Part shown: piece by piece, positions 1 to 19,395 of the stretch | Numbering within the stretch: position 1 is the first letter of the stretch | Layout: each line of letters starts with the position of its first letter | DNA from: the human T2T-CHM13v2.0 reference genome, Homo sapiens | NCBI RefSeq assembly: GCF_009914755.1 | Contig: NC_060928.1 | Reading direction: 5' to 3' (one strand) | Length of the DNA: 64,000 nt | Position numbers and translations under genes: made by a program | Notes under the pieces: generated by a model | Seen by the model: only the letters and a program-made list of their open reading frames with translations | What the model was told of the DNA's origin: nothing | The model's database searches: none

Positions 1-2151
1 TGAGCTGCTTGAAAGAGATAATGTGGTTTTAGAAATAAGTGAATCAGTCTTTATATAACATATTCATTTCATAAGTTGGAAAATTGTCTTGGAGTTTAAA
101 GCTCCTCTTTGAATAGCGATGATGTCTAGGATAGTGAAGATTAAATTGCAGCATTAAAAAATCTTAGTGATTTCAAGTCCTTGCAGGCTGTGCTATGGAC
201 TGGGAGTTGCAGATAGCTGTAGCTATCTTTACTAGACCCTCAAGGCCTTAATGGAAACATAATGACGTGAAGAATATTAAGGTGCTTTTGTTGTTTTAAA
301 ATACAGCCATCTAGATCACTTTCTTATATATTTCCACCTCAACCATCTTTCCTCCTGTAACAATTATAGAGACTTAGGTAAGGAATAGACAAAAATGACA
401 TATTTTTCAGGATATTATACCATATTTTAAAAAGTCCTCAGCCTTCGTTTAAATCTCTTTGATATAAACTCCATCAAAAGTATACTTTCAAAGGTGGTAA
501 GCACATTCATACAGGGATATATTGTTCAATTTTTGCAGAGAGTTTCTATGCTGAGTGAGGCATTATCTGTAAGTGCTGTAGTTCAGTAGACGTATTCTGT
601 CCCATCAATCTCTGTGCTACTGTGAAGAATGCTAGAGGAACAGAAGTACCCTTTAGCTGGTAAGCCTCTGCTCAGTGTGGGATCAGATAGGGAAAGGATT
701 TACATAAGTTTTCTTTAAACTCTCTTTTCCTGCTTAGGTTAACTTTGAAATGACCTAGATATGATGAAGAGATGGTTGTGTATTTTAGTTTCTTGTAGAT
801 ATTTCAACAGAGCCAACATTTTATGTCCTTTACATAGTGATGTTGAGAATGGAATTGTAGGATTTTTGCTCTGATTCAACACCCCATAGTTTTTGTTGCC
901 ATCAACAATCCCCAACCCAATAGTGTGCCACACTGACTGATAAAGGTTTACTATTACATTCCCCACATTGTTGTATCATCACACAAATCTGAACGTAGGT
1001 GTTGAAGTTATTCCAGAGAGAAACTGTGAAGCAAAGCAACCAGAACTACCCTGTAATATAGTGCTTTGTTTTCAGTCAAATTAGTTGAAACATGTGAGGG
1101 GCTTTTTCTAAAGTTCTCATTTTATCATTTTGCTTGTACTTAGGAGTATACTGAAATCGAAAATACAAAACTCACCTTTATCACTATTCCCCATGTTCAG
1201 TCACATTGAAATGAGACTTGTATGTAGATTACACCCAAAGCAAGACCCGTGCTCTGGCTTTTCCCTCAAACTTCTATTGAGCTGTCTATGCAGATGAAAT
1301 ATCAGCACTTCTTTCCCACTCCACCTGCTTCAAACAACTCTCTCCACCACACCAGATATTTTCATTTAAAGCCCTGATTCTATCAACAGCATTACCATTT
1401 TCTAGGTCATTCAAGATTAAATTTTTAAGTTTTCTTTTACTTTTCTTTTCCTTTTCAAATGAACTCTCTCTAGCCTGACATCTAAATGATTCCTAAAATT
1501 AGTTTAAGACACATTTATGTCTTATATCTATTCTCTCTTTTGTATTTCCACCATTGCAATGATCTCTTTAACACTTCTAAATGTTTGCATGTAGCATTGT
1601 CTTACCACTATATATTTAACAACACAACCCTGAGTGGAAATAGTAGGAGGCATTTATTGCCAAACAAATTAAGTCAGAGTATTTTTTTAAATAAATATTT
1701 GTCACATATAATCTACTCCCCATAATGAACATACAAGTATGCCATGCTCAGGTTATAAAGGACTACTTACAATGCCATCACACATCTATCCATTACATCA
1801 CAGCTTTGCTTTTGGCCTCTCTTCTATTCATGCTCAACTCCCCTTTGCAAAATCTGCCTGCCAAAATTCTACCCACAAATTGAGGCAAAGCTCATATGTC
1901 TCTTAGCTGCCTGAAACTATTCAACTTTTAATCAGCTATTTCTTTTTATTATACTTTAACTTCTGGGGTACATGTGCAGAACATGCAGTTTTGTTCCATA
2001 GGTATACACATGCCATGGTGGTTTGCTGCACCCATCAACCTGTCACCTACATTAGGTATTTCTCCTAATGCTATCCCTCCCCTAGTCCCCCACCCCGCAA
2101 CAGGCTCCAGTGTATGACATCCCCCTACCTGTGTCCATGTGTTCTCATTAT

Positions 2152-2754
2152 TTAACTCCCATTTATGAGTGAGAACATGTGGTGTGTGGTTTTCTGTTCC
2201 TGTGTTAGTTTACTGAGAATGATGGTTTCTAGCTTCATCCATGTCTCTCCAAAGGACATGAACTCATCTTTTTTATGGCTGCATAGTATTCCATGGTGTA
2301 ATATGTGCCACATTTTCTTAATCCAGTTTATCACTGATGGACATTTGGGTTGGTTCCACGTCTTTGCTATTGTGAATAGTGCCGCAATAATCATATATGT
2401 GCATGTGTCTTTATAGTAGAATGATTTATAATCCTTTGGGTATATACCCAGTAATGGGATTGCTGGGTCAAATGGTATTTCTAGTTTTAGATCCTTGAGG
2501 AACCACCACACTGTCTTCCACAATGGTTGAACTAATTTACACTCCCACCAACAGTGTAAAAGCATTCCTATTCCTCCACATCCTCTCCAGCATCTCTTGT
2601 TTCCTGACATTTTAATGATCACCATTCTAACTGGCATGAGATTGTATCTCATTGCGGTTTTGATTTGCATTTCTGTAATGACCAGTGATGATGAGCATTT
2701 TTTCGTATGTTTGTTGGCTGCATAAATGTCTTCTTTTGAGAAGTGTCTGTTCAT
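2152..2754 (-). pseudogene. L1 ORF2p C-terminal cysteine-rich fragment (disrupted, non-functional)
   Basis: The translation [16 protein letters not shown]...[14 protein letters not shown]...[13 protein letters not shown] matches the L1 ORF2p C-terminus. The neighbouring frames are broken. Confidence 0.9.
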
Positions 2755-3094
2755 ATCCTTTGCCCACTTTCTGATGGGGGTTTTTTTTCTTGTAAATTTA
2801 TTTAAGTTATTTGTAGATTCTGGATATTAGTCCTTTGTCATATGGATAGATTGCAAAAATTTTCTCTGATTCTGTAAGTTGCCTGTTTACCCTGATGACA
2901 GTTTCTTTTGTTGTGCAAAAGCTCTTTAGTTTAAGTAGATCCCAATTGTCCATTTTGGCTTTTGTTGCCATTGCTTTTGGTGTTTTACGCATGAAGTCTT
3001 TGCCCATTCCTATGTCCTGAATGGTATTGCCCAGGTTTTCTTCTAGAATTTTTATGGTTTTAGGTCTTCCGTTTAAGTCTTTAATCTATCTCTA

Positions 3095-3238
<144 letters not shown>

Positions 3239-3671
3239 TTAGATGTGTGGTGTTATTTCTGAGGCCTCTGTTCTGTTCCATTGGTCTATAGATCTGTTTT
3301 GGTACTAGTACCATGCTGTTTTGTTTACTGTAGCCTTGTAGTATAGTCTGAAGTCACGTAGCATGATGCTTCCAGCTTTGCTCTTTTTGGTTAGGATTGT
3401 CTTGGATATGTGGGCCCTTTGTTGGTTCCATGTAAAGTTTAAAGTTGTTTTTTTCCAATTCTGTGAAGAAAGTCAATGGTAAATTGATGGTGATAGCACT
3501 GAATCTATAAATTACTTTGGGCAGTGTGGCCATTTTCATGATATTGATTCTTCCTACCCATGAACATGGAATGTGTTTCCATTTGTTGTGTCCTCTCTTA
3601 TTTCCTTGAGCAGTGGTTTGCAGTTCTCCTTGAAGAGGTCCTTCACATTCCTTGTAAGTTGTATTACTAGG

Positions 3672-4085
<414 letters not shown>

Positions 4086-4235
4086 CTATTTTTTTTCCTG
4101 CACTTTCCTAGAATACTTATTTGAATGTGCTTTTTTATGATTCTTGGTAAACATATTGTCTTCCCTACCTATGAAACTAAAAGCTCCATGGAAAAAGATG
4201 ATGTCTCATTTAATGTTTAATATTCACCACAAAAT

Positions 4236-4260
4236 ATCTATCTGTCTATCTATCTATCTT

Positions 4261-4294
<34 letters not shown>

Positions 4295-4310
4295 ATCTAT
4301 CTATCCATCT
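4236..4310. repeat. (TCTA)n tetranucleotide microsatellite, imperfect
   Basis: A run of tatc/tcta units is seen directly. Confidence 0.95.
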
Positions 4311-4329
4311 CTCTCTCTTCAATATTTCC

Positions 4330-9030
<4,701 letters not shown>

Positions 9031-9261
9031 AACTAATATTTAATGAAAATTAAGTGATATTGCAGCAGATGAAATATAGTAAATGTGTCAACCAATAAAG
9101 TGAGGAAGTGTGAGGCACTAGTTTTGAGTAACTTACAGGCATCTTTTTATATCAATAACTACTAGATATCTAGTTACTCTTGTTATATCTTCATTACTGT
9201 AACCCAATTTGGGGTACTGAATAAACTACAGTTTTTGTTGCAAATGAAGTCATATTAATAT

Positions 9262-9553
<292 letters not shown>

Positions 9554-9721
9554 TATATATATTTTTTTCAATTTTAGTTCTAAGTAAAATAAGAGACACT
9601 GGGAATATTTTTAAGTACCTAATGATCACAGGTCACTCAATCAGTTGCTTATCCAATATCCATCTAATATCCATCTACTTCTCTTTTCCTGGCTTTAATT
9701 TTGTCCAATATTGGAATTTTT

Positions 9722-10038
<317 letters not shown>

Positions 10039-13000
10039 CGAGATTGGAATTTTTAATTCCAAGTAGTAAATCTTGCTTGGCTTAAATGAATAATGATTAT
10101 AATAAATACAGATTTATACAAGAAACCAAGACAGAAAACATACAATTGAAATACTAGGACTCAAAAAGAATATTAAAATTAACTACAGCTCCAGAAATTT
10201 TTCTTATTTATTGAGACTTCTGTAGAAAGAATATGCTATATCTTAATTAAAGCCTTATATTTTTGGTTTTCTAAAAGCTAATTCTTTTTTCCTTATTTAA
10301 ACATTAATTACAAAAATCATGTTTATGTTATTTTCCTTTATTTTTACTGTTAAGAAAAAAAAAAGAAATTAGACCTTATGCTTAAAATGTCTCAATGTAC
10401 ATTGGTAGATTTTACAACAATGTGGTAAAATTTACCATGCTTGCTTTAAAATTCAAATTCCAATCAAGTACAGGGACATAAATTTTATTGTGCTGGAAAT
10501 ATTCTGTTTGACTTTCTAGATTTTTCCATGCTTCTCCACCATACTCTTGTCTGCATTCTATCAACACATTCTCAGGACTTCCACTTTCCAGTAGGCTTTG
10601 ATCAGTCTTTCCCATCGATTCTAACTGGAAACCATAGTCAAAGGATGAGTTAGGTCGAAGTATTTATTCTCCTGATTTTTTTGTCTGTAATGATTTGCCT
10701 GACAAAATAAATATGCACATAGTATATACTAAATCTGGAAATATGAGTAGATTAACAAATGGACACATGTTATAGAAGCAGGCAGAAAGTAGTCCCTGAG
10801 TAAGGCAGAGGAAAACTCATTGCCAAGGAATCAATGTGGAGATATGGAAGTTTCTAACACATTCAAAAACTATCAAGATTTTGGTGTAGTTGCAGCTTAA
10901 AGTGTGTCATTGTCTAGACAAATAATTAAACCCTCATTCATGGAAGAGTCTTTTCTACCATAATCAGGCAAATGGACTTTACCCATCTAAGGTTAAGAGA
11001 TTAAAGAGTGCAGTTATATTATGAGACTGGTGTAACAGAAATCACACTTTGGCAGAAAGCTAGAGAATGTATTTGAAGAGAGTGAGAACTGTTAGAGGAT
11101 TATTGAAATAGCTGTGGTGGGAGATGCTGAGCATCCAAATCAAGTCAGTAGCAATAGATGTATTTATTTCATGCTTTCTCATAATGGGAACAAAATCTGT
11201 ATAAAGTGTATTACTAAGAAAATACATATAAACATTCCTTAGAGATTGTAAAGCCTTACATTTTAGTCATACTCTATCATACACATAACAAGAAAAAAAA
11301 TAAAAGAAAACCTTTATTTTTAAATGTAACACTGGATAGTGTCATGTTTCGATAGGGTATCTACACATTTTTTTGATGAAGAAAGGTCATAATGAAAGGC
11401 AATATAAACTGGGTTATAATGTTTTCTGATAATTTTATCCATTTTATTTGATAATATTAAAAATAGCTGTCCAAGCAAATGAGGGGAACAATATTATAAA
11501 TGTGGGAATCAGTTAGTTTCATTTTCTCTAAAGTATAAGCAGATATTCAATGGTATATTTACCATTTTATAATTAACTGCACATTACAGGCAATTCTGAG
11601 CAAATGCTGAGTTACTTCAATAAATTGGCAAGTGGGCAGAAGATTCCTGTAAATGCAGATTGAAAAATAATATGAATGCAAGCACAAGGGAATGAAAACA
11701 AAATGGCAGGGCTGATGCTTAGTGGTATATAAACATTTTTATGTGTTTAGGAAACAGAGAGTTCAAACTTATGGAATATTATTATAGATCAGTTAAGATG
11801 AGAACTAAAAATGTGCTATAGAAAATGTATTTTTGTTCTCCTAAGTTTTAATTTGTAAACTACGTTGTGTTAAAATGATACTAAAATAGAACTAGCTTCA
11901 CTGTGTTATCCTTGTGTTGTCCTGCCAAGTAAATGTAGAAACCAGAAGAGCCATCCAGCATAAATGTGTACCCATGTCAAGAAGCACACATTTATTACAT
12001 GCAACTCTACACATGATTAATATGAGAGCTCTCCTGACTGTCTCCTTCCATTTCCTTATCCCACTACACACCCAGGAAAAGAGAAACTCCTCTCAGGTAC
12101 CTGAAAAGTGAACATGTGGGATACTTTTAATTATAAAATAGTTCTTAAGTATAATAATAAAGCCAGAAAAGAGAAAGCCAATACTGTTAGAATACATTAA
12201 GGTTAGGAACTTTCTTCCAAGCTATTCTCTAAACAAACAAACAAAATTCTAGTTACAAAAGACAGTATAACTTTGTCTTTTCAGATTAATGTTTTAGTTT
12301 CAACTAGTAGTTGGAAGACCCTCAAAGAACGTGCCATAAAGACATTTGCAATTTTGCTGAGAAGTATATTTGAATTAAGATTCCTGTGGGGGTAGCTTGT
12401 TGAATCATATTGTTTAGCTAGAGGGTAAGCCTGGCAGATCTTTTTATCATCTGCCTCTGTGTAGCTTTGCTGATTTCTACACATGCATAATATCACTCAT
12501 GAAATTGTAGCAAATATTTATCTTTGTGAGAAATGACCATTAGATGAATAAAAAAAAATTAGTATAAGTGGAAATGCAAATATCTTGTGCTGTGAGACCA
12601 CACAGAGAAAGAAATAGCTCTGGACTGAAATGTGATTAAGGGCTTATTCAAAGAGTCCTATGTTCATAAATTTGAACATAAAATAAATGCTCATAAGCAA
12701 ATTTATGTTCATAAATTTGAGCATAAATTTGAGCATTTGGGTTTTGAGATGGGCTTTTCAAGATCAACCCAATATCAAGATTGAGTTCTATTAGCTGATG
12801 AAATTTAACTAGATGCACAGAGGTTAACAATGAAAATTGGCAATACTAGAGATCACTTTCTCTGGGCATGTTTATCCAATTCCTTTTCATGTTGTTTCTT
12901 TTGTGTCATACCTGCCTATCTCCTAGGAGTCAACATACTAACAGATTGCTTTTGTTTTGAGAGTGGAAGTAGATAATTAATAGAACTTAATGATACATCA

Positions 13001-13287
13001 GTGCAATGCAGAGTACACATAAGGAAGTTCAGATTTGGCAAGAAGGTTATTTAGGGCTGTTTCTCATAAATATCTTTTTTTTATTATACTTTAAGTTTTA
13101 GGGTACATATGCACATTGTGCAGGTTAGTTACATATGTATACATGTGCCATGCTGGTGCGCTGCACCCACTAACTCGTCATCTAGCATTAGGTATATCTC
13201 CCGATGCTATCCCTCCCCCCTCCCCCCACCCCACAACAGTCCCCAGAGTGTGATATTCCCCTTCCTGTGTTCATGTGATCTCACTGT

Positions 13288-15265
<1,978 letters not shown>

Positions 15266-15394
15266 TAAATATCTTAACTGTAAAGCATGAATATCTCGAA
15301 GCATGAATATCTTAACTATAATTGTCATTTGGGTGTCTTCATTCCAGATACCTCTTTGTGTGTGTGTGCACAAGCATGTGCATATACTAATAAT

Positions 15395-16340
15395 TTTTTA
15401 AAGTTTTAATTTACAGTGGTTATAGGTTTTTAGAAAAGTTGCAAAAGTTGTGTAGAATGTTTCCGTATATCCTACACTCATTCTTCTATTGTTAACATGT
15501 TATATTCAACAGTGCTTTTGCTATAATATCGCACCAACCAACATTGTTACATTACTACTAATTAAACTCCGTTGTTTATTTGCATTTCACTAGTGTTTTC
15601 CCTACTTTAGTTTTCCTGTTCTGGAATTTCATCCCAGTTACAGTATTTCATTTAGTTTGGTGTGTCTTTAACCTCTTTGGTCTTCGAAGTTCCTTAGACT
15701 TTCTTTGTTTTTCATGGCTTTGATAGCTTTTAGGAGTATTGGTTAGGTGTTTTGTAGAATATTCCTCAAGATGTGTTTGTATCATGTTTGTCTCATGTTT
15801 AGACTGGAGTTATAGGTTTTGAGGAGAAAGACTACACAGTTGAACTGCCATTCTTAACATGTCATATCAAGGATACATGCCATCAATGTGACACGACACA
15901 TCACTAATCATGTTAACCTTGGCCACCTAGCTGAGGTAGTGTCTGCCAAGGTTTTCTGCTCTATGGTCCCTCCTCCATTTCCATACCATACTCTTTGGAA
16001 GCAGTCCTTAAACACAACTCAGAAAGGGTGGCGAGTTAAGCTTCACCTACTTGAGGGGGAATATCTTCATATCTTCATAATTAATTTGGAATATTTCTGT
16101 ACAAGGGATTTGTCTATTATACCTCATTTATTAATTCATTCAATTACTTATGTATATTAGTATAAATAAATACTGGACATTTATTTTATTCTCACTAATA
16201 CTACATTGATTACTTAATGAAGTAATAATCAGATTACTTAATCCAATACTACATTTTTTTCTTCTCAAATTATTCCAGTTTTGGCCATTGGGTGCTCTTA
16301 CAGTTTGGCTTCATGTTCCTTTGCTATAATCATATCCAGA
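15395..16340 (-). mobile_element. L1MC-type 3' end fragment
   Basis: ttttagaaaagttgcaaaagttgtgtagaatgtttccgtatatcc...ccagttttggccattggg resembles L1MC 3'UTRs. Confidence 0.7.
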
Positions 16341-17139
16341 TAACTTTTTAAGCAATGTAAGAAGGGTCCTGTTGCTGAGGACTTTGTGAATGCAATTAAA
16401 ATGACTTCCTGAAAGTGACTAAACTCATACAATTAAACTAATGGAGATGGATTTTAAACAAAATGCTCCTCCATTGTTTCAGATAAATCCACAAAATCTC
16501 ATTTGGTGATATCTATTATTCTGTTCAGTGACGAAAGAAAGGACCCGGGTAGCCACTCCTGTTGTTACACATCTTTTCTTGCTTGAAATGAGCCCCCTGG
16601 GTGCCTGTGCCTTTAAATTTATCAGTAATGTTCGATACTAGGTAAAATAACTGGTTCATGGGAGTGTTATTTGACATTCTGATTCTTCTTGTTAACTTAA
16701 TGGTTAAAGACTTGCAGTATTTCTCCACAGGAAACAAATGCTATAGTTTGGAGGATAGTTATCATCCCTGCCACTCTATAAACTTACATTTAAACAAGTT
16801 ATAAAGCACATATAAAATCTATAATAATCCATGCTTTCTCTGGGGGAAAGGTCCTGACTTTTTTTTTCCAGAATGACAGTCACATATGAAGACTTAAAAC
16901 CTTAAATAGTCCCATTTGTTTTAGTATGAAATATATATTTATATGCCAATAAAATAGAGAACGACAGAAGAATCACCCGAAAAGGATGTGTCTGAGAGAA
17001 ATGTTTTATACTTAAGAAGACATTTAGGCATTTGACAAAAAGTATGAACAAAACATTCCACAATGTAGAAAAACTCTATAAAACATATTTTATAGGTACA
17101 AATATGATTTTCTTATATTCTAATTAATCATTAGAGAGG

Positions 17140-17398
17140 CAGATAGAATAAGTTCTACTATTTGATAGTACAGTAGGGAAATTGTAGTTAACAATGATTT
17201 ATTGTATATTTCAGATAGCTAGAGGAAAAGATTTGTAGTATTCCCAACACAAAGAAAAGATAAATGTTTGAAGTGATGAATATCCCAACTGCCCTTATTT
17301 GATCATTATACATTGTACACACCCATCAAAATATCTCATGTACCCCCCAAATTATGTACAACAATTCTATATCAGTTAATTAACTAATTAATTTTTAA
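17140..17398 (+). mobile_element. L1MA 3' end fragment
   Basis: aataagttctactatttgatagtacagtaggg...ttcccaacacaaagaaaagataaatgtttgaagtgatg is typical of L1MA 3'UTRs. Confidence 0.8.
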
Positions 17399-19234
17399 AA
17401 GGACACTATCCGTTCTGTCACCAAACTTATTTCCAAGAAAACTGTGGAGACTTGTCAGAAGCCCCTGTCTCCCTAAGCCTACCTTCTTTCTGTTTCATTC
17501 AGGTTTGCCATAAGTGTTCTTGCTGCGAATGGGATGAGAATGGATTTGGTTGTATGTGTGGTTGCAGACAATCTACAGGCTGTGAACAAAGGTGGGAAGT
17601 CACATGGGGAGATGGGGCGGGGGGCGCTGTTCTGGAGAAAGAAGGCAGAGAAAAGGCTCCAAAACCCTTCAGGGAATAGGTGTTTCAGTGGTGTTGTGTG
17701 GATGAGAAGCAGGAACACCTTGAGTGACTACTATTTGGATAGCTACAGATGAAATAAAGGCTCAGGTGAGGAAGAAGTGTCATGAGAAGTCTTGGGCAAC
17801 TGAGGCTTTCTGGGTAGAAGGGGCTGTGGAAGGAAAAGAAGGAGGTGAGTGTTGAGTATCCTTAGACCAAAGCATCTTCTAGACCTTCCATTGGAGACTG
17901 AGGGATAAGAGTAAGGCAGCAGTTGCTAGTAGGTACCATTGAATTATCTGTCACATTTTCTTACGTAAAAGGCTGCCTCTGCTTTCAAATGAGTGGTCTT
18001 CCAAACGTCATTTTGTGAAGAAGTTCACTTATTTCAAAATTATAATCTTTACTTAAAACATTTGAATAAGGATGTAGCAAATGGCAAATGCCATTTTATG
18101 CTTCACAAAACAAGTTATCATATAACTTTATAATCACATCTTATTCTTGTATATATTTGAGAAATATTTCCACAGGAAATTTTAAAGTTAGAAGATATTT
18201 CAGAATTACACTAAAAATTCAGGCTTATGTTCTTGGAGATGTTGAGGTTTTTGTTCCTGTTTATAAAAGTACTTTTTCTTTCACCTAACTCTCCTGCCCT
18301 TGGTAATATAACTCTTCAAACTACATGGAATATTTTCATAAAAGATGCCATACTTCTTGGAGACTTAACTGGTCTTTTGATTGGCCTCATTTTAGTAACA
18401 TGCTTTATCCTTTTTGGTCTATTTCATAAAACCTTTATCTTTTTTAATTTATACAAAAGACAATCTATTTGCATCTCACAGGATTTTAAATCCAGGGTTT
18501 AAAAAATATATTTCTGTATTAGAAAATATTTCTGAGCCAAATGCGAATTTAGGTACATTTAACAAAATTACAAAATGAGTTTTGAAATCTGAATTTTTTG
18601 TTTACTGCCATCTTGGATTTTTTTACATTAATAGCTGTTTGTCCTGTCACTTCGATCAGCTATAGTGTGAGTCCATGATTAGCCAGACATTGCATTAGGG
18701 CTTTATAAATCCAGACATCAAAACCTAGACATCAAAAGGAAGGCCACAAATTACAATTTTTAATCTTCTTCACATCTCTGATGAAGATTAGTCTTTTCCA
18801 GCTATAATAAGATCAATAATAGGAGAAGCTGAAAATATGAATGTAGCACAATTTGAAGAAATTTTCTTCTAAAGCCAATGGGATTTTAAGGGAGCAAGTT
18901 ACTTGACTCTCTCTAAATTAAAGAACTCTCAGTCAGCAGTGAAAAGTATGGCTTTGACATGAATTATAAGCAGGGAAATCAGGGTAGAGACATTTTATCC
19001 TAGATTACTAAATAATGACAAATACCTGAACTAGAAAAGTTGTGCTAAAAATCAACAAGATGTAATACTTTTAAGACAAATTTAAGAAATAGAATAGGCT
19101 TCAGATAGTGCTGTGAGAGAAAGGGAGAATGCAAAGATTATTCTGGGGGTTTTAGACCTTGTGTGGTTATTTTCAATATGACTTTTACAGTTATCTTTAA
19201 GACTGACCTTAAAAACGACATTCTCCTTTGCTGT

Positions 19235-19395
19235 TTAATGAGTATAAAGTTTCAATTATGCAAAATAAATAAGATCTATAGATCTGTTGTGAAATATTGT
19301 GCCTATAGTTAGCAATATTATATGTATGATATACTTAAAAACTTAAAACAATAGTTCTCATGTTAAGTGTTCTTATCACAATTAAAATAAAAATC
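19235..19395 (+). mobile_element. L1MA/MB 3' terminal fragment
   Basis: tataaagtttcaattatgcaaaataaataag...ctcatgttaagtgttcttatcacaattaaaataaaaa. Confidence 0.7.

Noticed and set aside
739-1725. Short ORFs in the unique or L2-like start of the window
   Set aside because: There are no recognisable domains, the lengths are expected by chance, and there is no consistent exon structure.
12659-12737. Short repeats as a CRISPR-like array
   Set aside because: There is no constant repeat-spacer periodicity and no cas genes, and the context is primate nuclear DNA.
17590-17900. GC box ggggcgggggcg and purine-rich patch as a promoter
   Set aside because: It is a single motif without a CpG island and may be a decayed ancient repeat. 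Support is insufficient.
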